Positions 15,180 to 25,576 of a DNA stretch of 31,736 nt are shown one piece after another. Position 1 is the stretch's first letter, and every line of letters starts with the position of its first letter. The position numbers were made by a program, and so were the translations under genes. The DNA comes from a virus (taxonomy: Duplodnaviria > Caudoviricetes): IMG/VR virus record IMGVR_UViG_3300020045_004363, positions 1-31,736 of that record; one strand, given 5' to 3'. The notes under the pieces were generated by a model, which saw only the letters and a program-made list of their open reading frames with translations, was not told where the DNA came from and did no database searches.

Positions 15180-15599
15180 TCACTGCCATTCACCAGTTTC
15201 CATTTGTTTAGCAAGTCTAATTGCTCTATTTTTAACCTGTTTAGCCCATAGGCTGTTAAGCATATTTATAGCAGATTGCTTGTAGTCGCCATCTTCTACA
15301 TATTTAAGCGTATTCTTAAACTTCAATAACCCGTCAATTCCCAAGTTAAAGCACATATTGACAAGCACATAAAACCTTACTTCATCAAGTTTGTTAGCCC
15401 AAGGAATACGGTGTAATACTTGAGAGAGAGACTTAGCAATATCACATTCAAGCAATTTAGTTGCTTCTGCTTCAGTAATAGTATCGCCTTCTTGTACGTT
15501 ACCTGTATGCCCATATCCAATAGTCCAAACACCTGCTGTGCATTTGTACGCATTTAACCTTAACCCTTCATCGCGTTTTAACTGTTTGGTTATATTCAC
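15180..15599 (-). CDS. Endolysin, GH24 / T4-like lysozyme
   Basis: DEGLRLNAYKCTAGVWTIGYGH (E-x8-C-x5-T triad), NMCFNLG and SLWAKQVKNRA. Confidence 0.95.
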   Translation of the reverse strand: MNITKQLKRDEGLRLNAYKCTAGVWTIGYGHTGNVQEGDTITEAEATKLLECDIAKSLSQVLHRIPWANKLDEVRFYVLVNMCFNLGIDGLLKFKNTLKYVEDGDYKQSAINMLNSLWAKQVKNRAIRLAKQMETGEWQ

Positions 15600-15976
15600 T
15601 TATTCTCCGTTTTCATATTATAACGCTCACCGAATAACCAAAACACTACAGTAGAGCATAAATTACCAACCATAGTTTGAGCATCAATGCTACCTAGATT
15701 GTAGGCTGACATAAATAGGAATGTAATAAATGATGAATACACAACCAAAGGTCTTTGCAGTTTAATCATAGCAATAACCCAAGGATATGTTGATCCTTCA
15801 GTATCACCTGCTTTAATACGGGCTTCTAACTGCTTTGTTTCGGCTTCCATTAGTTGAATAAGCTCGGCTGTATTAGAAGGCTGTCCTGCAGCACTACCTG
15901 TCCATTTTTTAATTAAAGCCATTGTTCCGTCTTTGATAGCAGGGCCGAATAAAGCTAAAAGTGTCAAAGGATCCAT
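15596..15976 (-). CDS. Putative holin
   Basis: Two C-terminal TM segments, RP..Y and FWLFGER motifs; adjacent to the lysozyme. Confidence 0.7.
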   Translation of the reverse strand: MDPLTLLALFGPAIKDGTMALIKKWTGSAAGQPSNTAELIQLMEAETKQLEARIKAGDTEGSTYPWVIAMIKLQRPLVVYSSFITFLFMSAYNLGSIDAQTMVGNLCSTVVFWLFGERYNMKTENK

Positions 15977-15983
15977 ATAAAAC

Positions 15984-16232
15984 CTACATTAGTTTCGAGA
16001 TAATTTTATAAACAAAAGGAGCAAGTATCGTAGCCGCGCCTATAATCATTCCAAGCCTATTTGACAGTGACGACATTTTATCCATAACGTCTACTTTCAA
16101 TCGTTGCATTTCAGCGGACAGCTCGTCAAACTTTTTAAAAAGCGTTTCGATGTTATTCCTGTTATGGTCATTCTCTGCTTTCAGTCTGCCTATTGTCATA
16201 GCGTCCTCGCGCTCTTGGTCTGGTAGCGACAT
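15984..16232 (-). CDS. Coiled-coil plus C-terminal TM protein (lysis-associated)
   Basis: Architecture and position in the lysis cassette. Confidence 0.6.
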   Translation of the reverse strand: MSLPDQEREDAMTIGRLKAENDHNRNNIETLFKKFDELSAEMQRLKVDVMDKMSSLSNRLGMIIGAATILAPFVYKIISKLM

Positions 16233-16248
16233 TATCCAATCTCCTTTT

Positions 16249-18681
16249 TTAAGCGTAAACTAATGCTGTTACCCAAGCGGCATCAAGGTATGTATCCGCG
16301 CTATCATCTCTAGTCCAAACTTGCACCGTGCTTGTCGCTCGTGTGCTTACACCAGCCGTTTTATCACCAGTTGAGCAAGTAGCCAAAACACCATAATTAG
16401 TATCGGCGGCGGCGGAAGTGAATGTAATAGTGTATTTACCGGCACTGTTCCGCTCTACAGATGTCACATTATACCCGTTAGCAGGAGGGTTGCTCCCTGT
16501 GGCCGTACCATCAAAACAGCACCATGCAAATGGAAGTCTATCAACTACAGCAGTCGCTAATTTATCCTCAGTTACCGCATCATCAACTATCTGGTCTGTG
16601 TTTACTGCATCGTCAGCGATATTTGCATTAGTTACCGCATCATCAGCTATCTGAGCCGTGTCTACAGCATCATCAGCTATTTTAGCGTTAGTAACCGCAT
16701 CGTCGGCTATCATATCTGTAGCGATAATATCGTCAGGTATCATTAACGCATTTAATACAGATGGGCTATCAATAACACCTGCTACCAATACAGAGTCGTA
16801 ATGGCAGAATAAACAAACGTCATTAGCGCAAAACCCAATAGGCGGTGGGTTGCCGTCAGGCATTAAAATATCCATCGTGCCCAAAGATACATCATCATCA
16901 TCAAGGATAATCACATTAACGTCAGTTGAGTCGTTAGTGTTTGCAGGAGTGAAATTAAACTCTAAACCATTGAAATACTCGGTAGGTCTTGGAGCATCAT
17001 CCATTTTTGTTAATGTGTATGTGTTAGTGCCTGTAGATGTGTAGTGATTGCTAAATGGACCACCACTAATTCCAGTAATGCCGTAAGTAGTTGCAAACTG
17101 GCTAAGAGATGCAATTCCTCCGTTAAACTCTACATCTGATGCGTTATCTGTGTATATTTTAAAACCGACAGGTATCTCATCTGTTTGAAAATAACCTGTA
17201 GCGGAAACTTGTCTTACACCGTCAAGCTCTGGGTTTTCAATATGTCCATCAGCCTCTACATTCCAAGTATAAACACCTGCACCACCGTCAATGCCTTTGG
17301 TTATGGTGATATTGCCCGTGTAAAGGTCTGCGTCGCTTTCTAAAAAGTCACAAAATCCGATATAGGTATTACCTGTTAATGCGGAAGAGAAAACCTGATT
17401 CCAATCGTTGTAAGCTAGATTAGTGCCGTAGCCTGAGTAAATAGTGCTTGTTAATTCACCACCATTAGTAATAACTCTAAGAGCTAATGAGCCACCATTC
17501 CCGTTTTGAACGCTAGGCGCTGCAGGGGGTGTATATGATGCAGTATGTAAACAAACCCCTTTAATGAATGTAGCATAAGCCCACGACCCGTCTAATACAC
17601 TGCTGATAACTTGCGGGAAGTCGGCATCTCTCAAACGTGAGCAAATGTTAATAAATGAATCTGTGTTATATACACCCGCGTAATCAAACGCACCACTACC
17701 TACTAACAAATCCCCGTCTTGGAAGAAGTAAATCTCGCTTCCATCGCCGCACACTTCAATAAACGTAGCAACATCTTCTACAAAATTAGCCGTTGCTTCT
17801 ATCGTACTAAAACCACCTGCACCATCCCCAATAGATAATCCTATTACCGTAGGGTCGTTTGAATAAATGTCCAAGTTACAAATTGACAACCCCATATTTT
17901 TACCATCCAAGAAAAACCTAACATCGTCCGGAAATACAGCAGGTAAAGTATTGAAGGTTACCCAAATTTGAAATGTGAAGGGCGACCTATTTGATATAAC
18001 GTCAAATTGATGGGGGTCTACATAAGTTTGTACTCCAACATAATCAACAGGCACCTCATTACTTCCGTGCATCCGCACCATATCAGCACCGAATAACGTA
18101 TTGTCTGAATTAACCTCCGCACCGTTAAATAAAGTCACGACAGTATTGGGTGCAAAGTTAAATAAATTTCCGTTCGTTGGGTCTGACAGAGTACCAGGCA
18201 CTGCTAAAGGAGTATCATCAAAATAAGTATTGTAATCAATAGCAGTAGATATAATTGATGCGCGTGTAAGACCTATTTTAAATTGTGTTGCCGTTGGACT
18301 AATACTTCCACCGCTCCATGTATACGAAGATAATGTACCAACACTTTGCTGACCAGTACCAACAGATGCAAAAGACGGTATCAGTATAGAAGAAGCGTTT
18401 CCGTTGGAATTGATACCACCTAAAGCATACTCAAACGTATACATTAAATTATCATCAGAATCAGTTACTTTACCGTCATAAATACCATTAAGATAAACAG
18501 TGCGCTGACCACTTGAATCTAAAATAACAGGATTTTCTAAAGGTGTAGTACCTGTAGGGTCAGAATAAACATCTTGGTAGTCTGTAGTACCTGAAGCGTA
18601 GAAATAAACCTTACCGCCAACTAACGGTAATCCATTAGCATCAAACTCTCTGAATTTTAACATTGGGCATAGTGTAGCCAT
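16249..18681 (-). CDS. Tail fibre/spike protein
   Basis: N-terminal anchor FDANGLPLVGGKVYFY...NPVILDSSG; lectin/LamG-like middle; IADDAVT repeats; AWCCFDGT...YNVTSVER..GKYTITF C-terminal domain. Confidence 0.85.
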   Translation of the reverse strand: MATLCPMLKFREFDANGLPLVGGKVYFYASGTTDYQDVYSDPTGTTPLENPVILDSSGQRTVYLNGIYDGKVTDSDDNLMYTFEYALGGINSNGNASSILIPSFASVGTGQQSVGTLSSYTWSGGSISPTATQFKIGLTRASIISTAIDYNTYFDDTPLAVPGTLSDPTNGNLFNFAPNTVVTLFNGAEVNSDNTLFGADMVRMHGSNEVPVDYVGVQTYVDPHQFDVISNRSPFTFQIWVTFNTLPAVFPDDVRFFLDGKNMGLSICNLDIYSNDPTVIGLSIGDGAGGFSTIEATANFVEDVATFIEVCGDGSEIYFFQDGDLLVGSGAFDYAGVYNTDSFINICSRLRDADFPQVISSVLDGSWAYATFIKGVCLHTASYTPPAAPSVQNGNGGSLALRVITNGGELTSTIYSGYGTNLAYNDWNQVFSSALTGNTYIGFCDFLESDADLYTGNITITKGIDGGAGVYTWNVEADGHIENPELDGVRQVSATGYFQTDEIPVGFKIYTDNASDVEFNGGIASLSQFATTYGITGISGGPFSNHYTSTGTNTYTLTKMDDAPRPTEYFNGLEFNFTPANTNDSTDVNVIILDDDDVSLGTMDILMPDGNPPPIGFCANDVCLFCHYDSVLVAGVIDSPSVLNALMIPDDIIATDMIADDAVTNAKIADDAVDTAQIADDAVTNANIADDAVNTDQIVDDAVTEDKLATAVVDRLPFAWCCFDGTATGSNPPANGYNVTSVERNSAGKYTITFTSAAADTNYGVLATCSTGDKTAGVSTRATSTVQVWTRDDSADTYLDAAWVTALVYA
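16556..16712 (-). repeat. 30-bp (10-aa) coding repeat IADDAVTxAK, about 5 units
   Basis: Visible in both translation and DNA. Confidence 0.85.
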
Positions 18682-20729
18682 TATTTTTCTTCCTCTTGGT
18701 TAACTTGTGAAGGCAATCCTAGTGCCCCCGCTTTAGCTGGTTTGCTCATAATTTGGTTAATTGCTTCTATATAACCCCTGTTTGGAGCATTTAATAACTG
18801 AATTGCTTGCTCTGGTGTTATTAAAGCATCGTTAATAAGTTTATCGATTTCTGATAATCTTTTACCATAACCCGGTATCTTTTTTAATGCCGGTTTAATT
18901 AAATCAAAAGCAATTCTAGCTCTATAAACATCACCAAGACCAGCTCCCGGCACTGAAGCGGCGGCAGTTCCAACCGCTCTACTACCAATACTGTCTGGTG
19001 TTACAGTGGCACCCATATTGCTTGTTTTAATTTTTGATTCTGTAGCTTTCTTAATAGCAGAGTCTTTGGCTGCGTTAACAAAAGCATCATATTCAGATTT
19101 TGTAAATAATGGTCTGTTACCCCCATATAAGCTATCAAAGTATTTAGCGTTATCACCCAATAACTTCTTTAATTTTTGCGAGTCAGGTACTTTTGAATTA
19201 ACAATATCAAAAACTTTATCAGGCTTAAATTCTGAAGTGAGTATACTTTCTCCTGTTTTGGCGTATTTAGGGAAAGACTTATCAATTATTTCATTAACAG
19301 CTTTCTCTCTAGTGATAGCAGACTCTAGTTGATAATTAATAGTGCGCGCATCTGCAAAAGGTTGATATACCTGACCAATCTTATCTTCAAGTGCTGTACG
19401 AATATCTTTAATGCCTGTTTTAGATAAACCAGGACCATACTCTTTATTATCTAAAACGTGTTTACTAATCGTCGTGATTACAGTTTTAACAGCGCGTGGG
19501 TCTGTTTTTAAATTACCTTTCTTATCATATAGCTCGCTAACTGCTTTTTGGACAAGAGCTTGTTCTGGCTCACTTAAAGAAATATCATTAGCTAGTTTAT
19601 TCAAAGAACTAGCTTCAGCAGATATATCAACTCTAGGCAAACCTTCAGGTATGTCATACATTTTGTTTTGTATGGCTTTTGCTTCAAGCTCCATTAATTG
19701 TATTCTTGATAACGGTTTAGATTCGGCAGTTAATGACTTTCCTAAAACATCTCTATTTACTGATTCTGTTTCTGCTACTTGTCTTGCAAAATCAGGTTCG
19801 GCACTAACCTTCTCTTTTATGTAAGATTGTAACGATTTTGCTAGTTGACTATCTTTTCCTTCAGACAATGCCTTTTGAGCTAATGCCTCTGGTGTCATTC
19901 CTTGATAGCCTTTAGTGCTTGCTGAATACTGCTCTAATGCTTTAGTTACCGCAGGTATTTCTGCTTCTGATATGCCCCATGCTTTTATTAACTCACTTTT
20001 AGCGGCAGACGCAGTAGAAGGTAAAACATTACCTTTTGCTTTAGCCCCAACCGTCATAGGAACAGCAGTAAATAATCCTTCAGCAGTAGCGGCAGCAGCC
20101 GCGCCTAAGTCAGAGCCACTTTCTTCAGCAGTATTCATAAAAGGCTCTAAAACTGTTTTGGCAATACCTTCTTCCCTGATTTTATCTGCTATTTGTTTTT
20201 GTTGTTCGCCTGTTAATGCTAATGATTCATCACCGTACCAATTCCCGCGACCAATATTATTTGCGCCCAAAATATCAGCAGGAGTAGCAGCAATCTCTCT
20301 AGCTCCTTTAACTGCTAACTCTCCAGACTTGTTTAATATGCTCATTACCATTTGAGCTATTGCGCTTTTTGGTTTTACTGTAGGCGTTAATTCTCTTTCA
20401 ACGGCTTGCTGATATTGTTCTGCTTTACCGCCCGCACCTCTAACGTTAGGATTAAATACGTCTTGTTCTCCACCAGCTAAACCAGCCAAACCACCAGCTA
20501 TAGGAGCAATTATATTTGAACCTACAACACCAACAGTTTCACCTAAACTAGGGGCGATAGGCACAGTTTCCTGCATTGACTGGATTGTTTTATCCATCAT
20601 TGTTTGTTGTGGTTTTTGCTCGCTTATAAAAGACTCAAGGTTATTTGAAAAACTATTATCTTGTTTTTCATTTTCTTTTATAAAAGATGATAATGAATCA
20701 GAAAAGTTTTCCATTACTTGATTTCCCAT
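18681..20729 (-). CDS. Putative internal virion/ejection protein
   Basis: Large Ala/Gly/Lys-rich helical protein, third of three genes after the tail genes (P22 gp16-like position). Confidence 0.65.
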   Translation of the reverse strand: MGNQVMENFSDSLSSFIKENEKQDNSFSNNLESFISEQKPQQTMMDKTIQSMQETVPIAPSLGETVGVVGSNIIAPIAGGLAGLAGGEQDVFNPNVRGAGGKAEQYQQAVERELTPTVKPKSAIAQMVMSILNKSGELAVKGAREIAATPADILGANNIGRGNWYGDESLALTGEQQKQIADKIREEGIAKTVLEPFMNTAEESGSDLGAAAAATAEGLFTAVPMTVGAKAKGNVLPSTASAAKSELIKAWGISEAEIPAVTKALEQYSASTKGYQGMTPEALAQKALSEGKDSQLAKSLQSYIKEKVSAEPDFARQVAETESVNRDVLGKSLTAESKPLSRIQLMELEAKAIQNKMYDIPEGLPRVDISAEASSLNKLANDISLSEPEQALVQKAVSELYDKKGNLKTDPRAVKTVITTISKHVLDNKEYGPGLSKTGIKDIRTALEDKIGQVYQPFADARTINYQLESAITREKAVNEIIDKSFPKYAKTGESILTSEFKPDKVFDIVNSKVPDSQKLKKLLGDNAKYFDSLYGGNRPLFTKSEYDAFVNAAKDSAIKKATESKIKTSNMGATVTPDSIGSRAVGTAAASVPGAGLGDVYRARIAFDLIKPALKKIPGYGKRLSEIDKLINDALITPEQAIQLLNAPNRGYIEAINQIMSKPAKAGALGLPSQVNQEEEK

Positions 20730-22072
20730 CCATCATCTTTTGCCTTTTTGATAGCTTCATCTTCAGACATTTTGTTTTTATAAGCAAAAGCTCTTATTGT
20801 ATCAATAGATACTGTTTTCTGATTGCTTGAGAATATAGGATTTTTGTTAACGTACTCTCTCCTTATTTTGTTAAACCCTTCATCTATCATACCGTTATTT
20901 TTCGCGGCGTATTCAGACGCTAAAACACCTATTTCTTGGTTTCTTTGAGCGGCTTTCCTCATTATTTGTGACAGTTTTTCAACACCCTGCTCATTCATAT
21001 ATGTTTGAGGTGTCATATCTTTCAAAAAAGAAAGGTCAGTATTAGAAAAATTATTATTAAAAGACGTTCCAGCAGCTAAAGACTTTATCTTCATTGTTAA
21101 TTGTGCGGCAATAGCATCAGCCGCCTGTTTATTATTTAAGCCTTCGATATTTGCATCAATTCCAGCAGCTTTTGCTAAACCAGCAGCAGAAGCCCAAAAG
21201 TCAGCACCAGAACCTTTTATCGCGTCTTTATAAAGTAGATTAAAATTATCCAATAACCCAACCATTGAGATAGCGTCTTGCTCTGCTTTTTGTATTTCTG
21301 TATAGTTTTTAGCGTTTAAATCCTCAACATTTTTGGTTCTTTCTTGTGTTTTAACTTCCTCAGCTTTTTCTTCAAGGTCGCTTCTTAATGGACCTTCGTT
21401 TACAGGCAAATCATTTTTAATAGCTTGTATATCTTCTTGATTCATAGAAGCATCAACATTTATTGGCGAGCCATCTTGCGCGTAACCTATAGTTATTTTT
21501 TCTGCGGGAGCTTCCATATTCCCACCGTAATAAGTGAGCACCTCAGCTTCAGGTATATATTTAATTATCTCTTGTTGGGAGGGCGGTCTTTTGTTTTGAG
21601 CCATAAATCTCTTACTGAAATCCTCAACAATAGATGAAACCTGACCTAATCTAGCTTTGAATCTTTCTTGCTCGTTTTCTACGTTGGATTTAAGATTTAA
21701 ATTAGGTTCATAATAACTCTGAGCGGCGGCACCTCTAATTGTATCAACAGGCTCCCAATCTTCTTGACTAACTTCTTGACCATCAATAACTACTCTTCCG
21801 CCTGTAGAAAACTGACCAGTTCTAATGACGTTAGGGTCTTTTCTACTTCTAAAGATTGCCGCACTTGTCCCAGTTTGGAACGGTACCCCCCCATCCTCCA
21901 TTTTCATGCGATTCATTTCATTTTCTAATCTAGCCGCCTCAATAACATCATCCTCAGTAGCATTACCGATTCTATTCTGGCGAAACATATCCGCTAGTTT
22001 AATACCAGATGCTAATGCTTGGGGAATGTTAGCTACTTTACCGCCTTGTGCTATTGCGTCGTATATGCTCAT
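20714..22072 (-). CDS. Putative internal virion/ejection protein
   Basis: Position (P22 gp20-like) and the FSNTDLSFL..P motif. Confidence 0.65.
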   Translation of the reverse strand: MSIYDAIAQGGKVANIPQALASGIKLADMFRQNRIGNATEDDVIEAARLENEMNRMKMEDGGVPFQTGTSAAIFRSRKDPNVIRTGQFSTGGRVVIDGQEVSQEDWEPVDTIRGAAAQSYYEPNLNLKSNVENEQERFKARLGQVSSIVEDFSKRFMAQNKRPPSQQEIIKYIPEAEVLTYYGGNMEAPAEKITIGYAQDGSPINVDASMNQEDIQAIKNDLPVNEGPLRSDLEEKAEEVKTQERTKNVEDLNAKNYTEIQKAEQDAISMVGLLDNFNLLYKDAIKGSGADFWASAAGLAKAAGIDANIEGLNNKQAADAIAAQLTMKIKSLAAGTSFNNNFSNTDLSFLKDMTPQTYMNEQGVEKLSQIMRKAAQRNQEIGVLASEYAAKNNGMIDEGFNKIRREYVNKNPIFSSNQKTVSIDTIRAFAYKNKMSEDEAIKKAKDDGWEIK

Positions 22073-22209
22073 TTTAATACCTAATAGTATTTAGTTGGGT
22101 CTAATTGATTGTAATTAGATGGGTTGAAATCATACATGTTTGAATTACCAGCTACGTTAAAACTATCACCACTTAAACCTCCAAAATCAAACTGAGATCC
22201 TGACGGAAT

Positions 22210-22875
22210 TCATGCTGGCTTCATCATCCCACCAATCATACTTCCTAAACTTAACAGATTCTCAAAACCCGATTGCTTTTGTGCTTGTTTGCCTAAATAA
22301 CCTGATGCCTTCGCTTTACCAACGTCTTGTAATGCTCCTGCCTGACCAATCGTAGACCATCTTTTAGCGTCGTCAGTAGAACCTGTAGCATTTAATCCCA
22401 TAGCGCCTAATTGATAAAGCCTGTTAAACTGGTTAGCTTGATCTTGGTTGTATCTATTGTAAACGTTTTGATACTCGTTAGAAGCAAACTCTTGACCGTA
22501 CTCGTTTAATGCTTTACCTGCTTTACCTGAGAATAAATTACCTCTATTAGCCGCCGAGTTTTCTAAAACACTCAAACCTTGCTGTAATCTCCATTGATAG
22601 CCGGGGTCTGCTTGAAAGTCAGATGCCCCAAACTTACGCAACAAAGGCGAGTCATAGCTAGATGTGCCTGATTGAAGCATTGTATTTGCTTGCGTACCTG
22701 TCTGCATATAAGGCGCATACATAGCCTTAATTTGCTCGTAGGCAGGATTATACAATTTACCTGCTTGTTTGCTATACTTAGCCATAGCTTTTGCCGCATC
22801 ACCAGCCGCGCCGCCTCCGCCCATGCCGAGAATACCGCCTACGCTCTTTCCTATACTACCCAATGATAAACCCAT
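22210..22875 (-). CDS. DNA transfer/pilot protein (P22 gp7-like); the frame continues past TGA to 22081
   Basis: PYMQTG, FQADPGYQWRLQQG, SAANRGNLFSG and YGQEFAS motifs; GGAGG RBS before ATG 22875. Confidence 0.85.
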   Translation of the reverse strand: MGLSLGSIGKSVGGILGMGGGGAAGDAAKAMAKYSKQAGKLYNPAYEQIKAMYAPYMQTGTQANTMLQSGTSSYDSPLLRKFGASDFQADPGYQWRLQQGLSVLENSAANRGNLFSGKAGKALNEYGQEFASNEYQNVYNRYNQDQANQFNRLYQLGAMGLNATGSTDDAKRWSTIGQAGALQDVGKAKASGYLGKQAQKQSGFENLLSLGSMIGGMMKPA

Positions 22876-22895
22876 ATCAACCTCCAATTCACCTA

Positions 22896-22925
22896 ATTAT
22901 AACAAAAAAGTTAGTAACCACTAAC
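22896..22925 (-). promoter_or_regulatory. TATAAT -10 box plus palindromic site GTTAGTAACCACTAAC
   Basis: Perfect -10 at 22901-22896; the palindrome at 22910-22925 covers the -35 position. Confidence 0.55.
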
Positions 22926-22930
22926 ATAAA

Positions 22931-24157
22931 CTACACATAGTTTCCTGTATTTGGCGGAACAATCCTGCAAGACCATCTACTGCTTTTGTAAGCAGTTAAT
23001 GTGCCCGCCGCCGTTGATACTGTTGTAACAAGGTTTTGACTTGCCGTTGCATCAGTTAATAAATACATTCTCACGAAAACCGTATGGTTAGTATCAGCAG
23101 TTAGCGTAGGTGTTGTTACTGTTAATACCGAAGCCGCCCCCCTATACCAATCAAACCCTATTTTATCGTTAGCAGGAGTAACTGCTCCAGCTCCCTGTTG
23201 GACACCCGTCGCAGGACATTCATCCCATGTAACACCCCAATCAACAGGCGTAGCACTTGGCGTAAAAACAAAAGTTACAATAGCGTTATTAGTGTTTTGC
23301 CTGAAAAATAACTCCATCTCGATAATATGATACTGGCTCGAAATTAAAGGTATATCACAAGACCCCGATGTACCAAAAAAATTAGATGAGGTTGTAATCC
23401 CCGTTTTATTGCTAGGTACTACAAACTCATTATAAACCTGCCTAACATTCCTACCCGCCCTTGTTGTAATAGTGTCGTAATATGAGACGCCGTCAAACTC
23501 AGAAGCGCCAACTGCCGCCGTAGATAAAAGACTACCTGAAGTATTGTATAAAGAAGCACTCCCTGAAGCGGTGCCACCTGCATTTAAAATAACCTTAGAT
23601 GTAATATGACCACTAACAGCGTCATAAGTAATCCCATCATCAGTTTTACATCCTAAAGTCCCCGTTGCATCAGTAAATAAAGCAACATGAGAAGTTGTGT
23701 CTGAACCAATCGTACTGACAATAACGCTATCTGCTATGCCATCCCCCGATAAAGTGCCACTTGATAACGCTAAATGATTTCCTACATCTATTTCCTCCAT
23801 TACTCCAGTAGAATCACTACTACGCCCTATGATCCTCCCCGTGTCCATAGAAGTTGAAATAGTGCCGTTATTGTAATAAATGGGCAATACAATACTAGTC
23901 GCGCCTAAAGCAGTCCCATTACCATAAGCCAAACCATTAACCGTTGTGTTTAAGGTAAGAGTCTGTAAAGGTACTAACCCATCACTACTACCACTAAACC
24001 CATTAGCTGTATCAATAGCAACGGTGCTAACATAAATACCAGCCGTAGCAATAACTTGTATACTTCTGAAATACTCAATCCATGGTTTAGTTACAATACC
24101 TTTTTCGTCTGCAATAATCCCTCTAATGGGCATTGGTTGGGTAGCAATAGTTGTCAT
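22931..24157 (-). CDS. Tail-associated structural protein (needle/fibre-like)
   Basis: Follows the gp10-like gene; N-terminal G.VTKPW..YF motif; Thr/Gly/Ser-rich. Confidence 0.65.
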   Translation of the reverse strand: MTTIATQPMPIRGIIADEKGIVTKPWIEYFRSIQVIATAGIYVSTVAIDTANGFSGSSDGLVPLQTLTLNTTVNGLAYGNGTALGATSIVLPIYYNNGTISTSMDTGRIIGRSSDSTGVMEEIDVGNHLALSSGTLSGDGIADSVIVSTIGSDTTSHVALFTDATGTLGCKTDDGITYDAVSGHITSKVILNAGGTASGSASLYNTSGSLLSTAAVGASEFDGVSYYDTITTRAGRNVRQVYNEFVVPSNKTGITTSSNFFGTSGSCDIPLISSQYHIIEMELFFRQNTNNAIVTFVFTPSATPVDWGVTWDECPATGVQQGAGAVTPANDKIGFDWYRGAASVLTVTTPTLTADTNHTVFVRMYLLTDATASQNLVTTVSTAAGTLTAYKSSRWSCRIVPPNTGNYV

Positions 24158-25575
24158 GTGCCGCTACCGTCTGCTTCAATATAAGCGGCAAGTAGGTTAC
24201 ATTTAGTTTTGCCTGTTACCTCATAATCTACAACCAAGTCACGCGCCTGACCGATGCGATTAAACTTAACTCGCTTGCGATATTGCCCAACAGCACCTAT
24301 GTTCAACTCATGCTCCGGCCCGTATGTCATCCCGCCATCTTTTGAGAATCGAATTGTAGCTAATGGGTCTGGGTCGTCTGAATTACCAACACCAACTTCC
24401 ATATCTATCTGAATAGAATAATAGCGTATGCGTTTTTGCTCATTTTTAACGTGCGGGCATACTCTCTTGCGCTTAATAACCCTACCATTATGAGTATAAA
24501 TGTCGCTATCCATGCGATATATATTGCCTTCTTCAGCGTCTATTAAATAATGGTTTCCAAAAATATAAGTGTGATAGTTAGACTTCTCTCTTTCTAACTG
24601 CCCATCTTCATTCAAATAAGCTCTCTCGCACCATAATCCCGTTGATAAGTCATAAGCCCAAGTAGTATTCCCTGACGAGAAATTAACCACATAAAACGTA
24701 TGTCCGTCTTTTTGATAAGAATACGCTGTAGCATCAGACACACTGTTAAATGACTGCATACTTTGTTCAACAGCCGAATTTGATATTTTCTGCAACTGAT
24801 AGCCTGTAATAGCGTAAACAACAGCACCGCCTCTTACATCGTCGCTTACAAAGAAAATTGTATTTCCTGCCTTAGCTACCGAGTTGATAGCGGCAAGCCC
24901 AACTTCCATTGTTGAGCCTTGAGTGATTGATATTGGTTGGTTAGCATCATCATTTGGATAGTAAACGGTAACGCTATTAGTACCAAAAGCATAAATGTCT
25001 TGATAGCACTCAAACATTAACAGTAAATTATCAGGGCTTGTTTCATCTGTTGCGAAGTTTAAAGCATCAATATCTAACCCATCATACAAAGCAGACCAAA
25101 AATAAATCCCCGTATTTGTATCTACAAAGTAGAAACGCCCATTAAGGAATGTAACGCAAACTGAGCCTCTCCAACCATCGGCAGTAATCTCAGTAAATGT
25201 ATTTGTCGCAAGGTCTAAAATATAACCATGATCTCCGCAAGCTACACATAATTGAAAGCCGTTATCAGCCATACCAACAGTATTTGTACCAAGCGATATG
25301 TTGCCCCTAATAACAAATGTCGCATCACTGAAAACCTCATATAGCCTTGAATATGTCGCAATAAACCATCTACCATTTGCATTGTATGAGCCTCTTGGGT
25401 AGGCTTGAATAGCGGTGTCATTAAACAACTCATATCCGTCAGTACCAACAAGATAGTATTCCTCGTTTTCACCAACAGCTTCTATTTTTTCAGGATATAA
25501 ATTGACAGTACGTTGTGCAGAGGCAACCGTAGCTCTTAGCTTGTACGAAGAACCGACAAAGCCCTCAAACTTCAT
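24154..25575 (-). CDS. Packaged-DNA stabilisation/tail hub protein (P22 gp10-like)
   Basis: QRTVNLYPE, MADNGFQL, YQKDGHTFYV, TWAYDLSTGLWCER and SKDGGMTYG motifs. Confidence 0.9.
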   Translation of the reverse strand: MKFEGFVGSSYKLRATVASAQRTVNLYPEKIEAVGENEEYYLVGTDGYELFNDTAIQAYPRGSYNANGRWFIATYSRLYEVFSDATFVIRGNISLGTNTVGMADNGFQLCVACGDHGYILDLATNTFTEITADGWRGSVCVTFLNGRFYFVDTNTGIYFWSALYDGLDIDALNFATDETSPDNLLLMFECYQDIYAFGTNSVTVYYPNDDANQPISITQGSTMEVGLAAINSVAKAGNTIFFVSDDVRGGAVVYAITGYQLQKISNSAVEQSMQSFNSVSDATAYSYQKDGHTFYVVNFSSGNTTWAYDLSTGLWCERAYLNEDGQLEREKSNYHTYIFGNHYLIDAEEGNIYRMDSDIYTHNGRVIKRKRVCPHVKNEQKRIRYYSIQIDMEVGVGNSDDPDPLATIRFSKDGGMTYGPEHELNIGAVGQYRKRVKFNRIGQARDLVVDYEVTGKTKCNLLAAYIEADGSGT

Positions 25576-25576
25576 T

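Noticed and set aside
71-22212. Genome-wide stop-codon reassignment
   Set aside because: The three internal stops are three different codons, all of which terminate other genes normally; long genes are uninterrupted and there is no suppressor tRNA.
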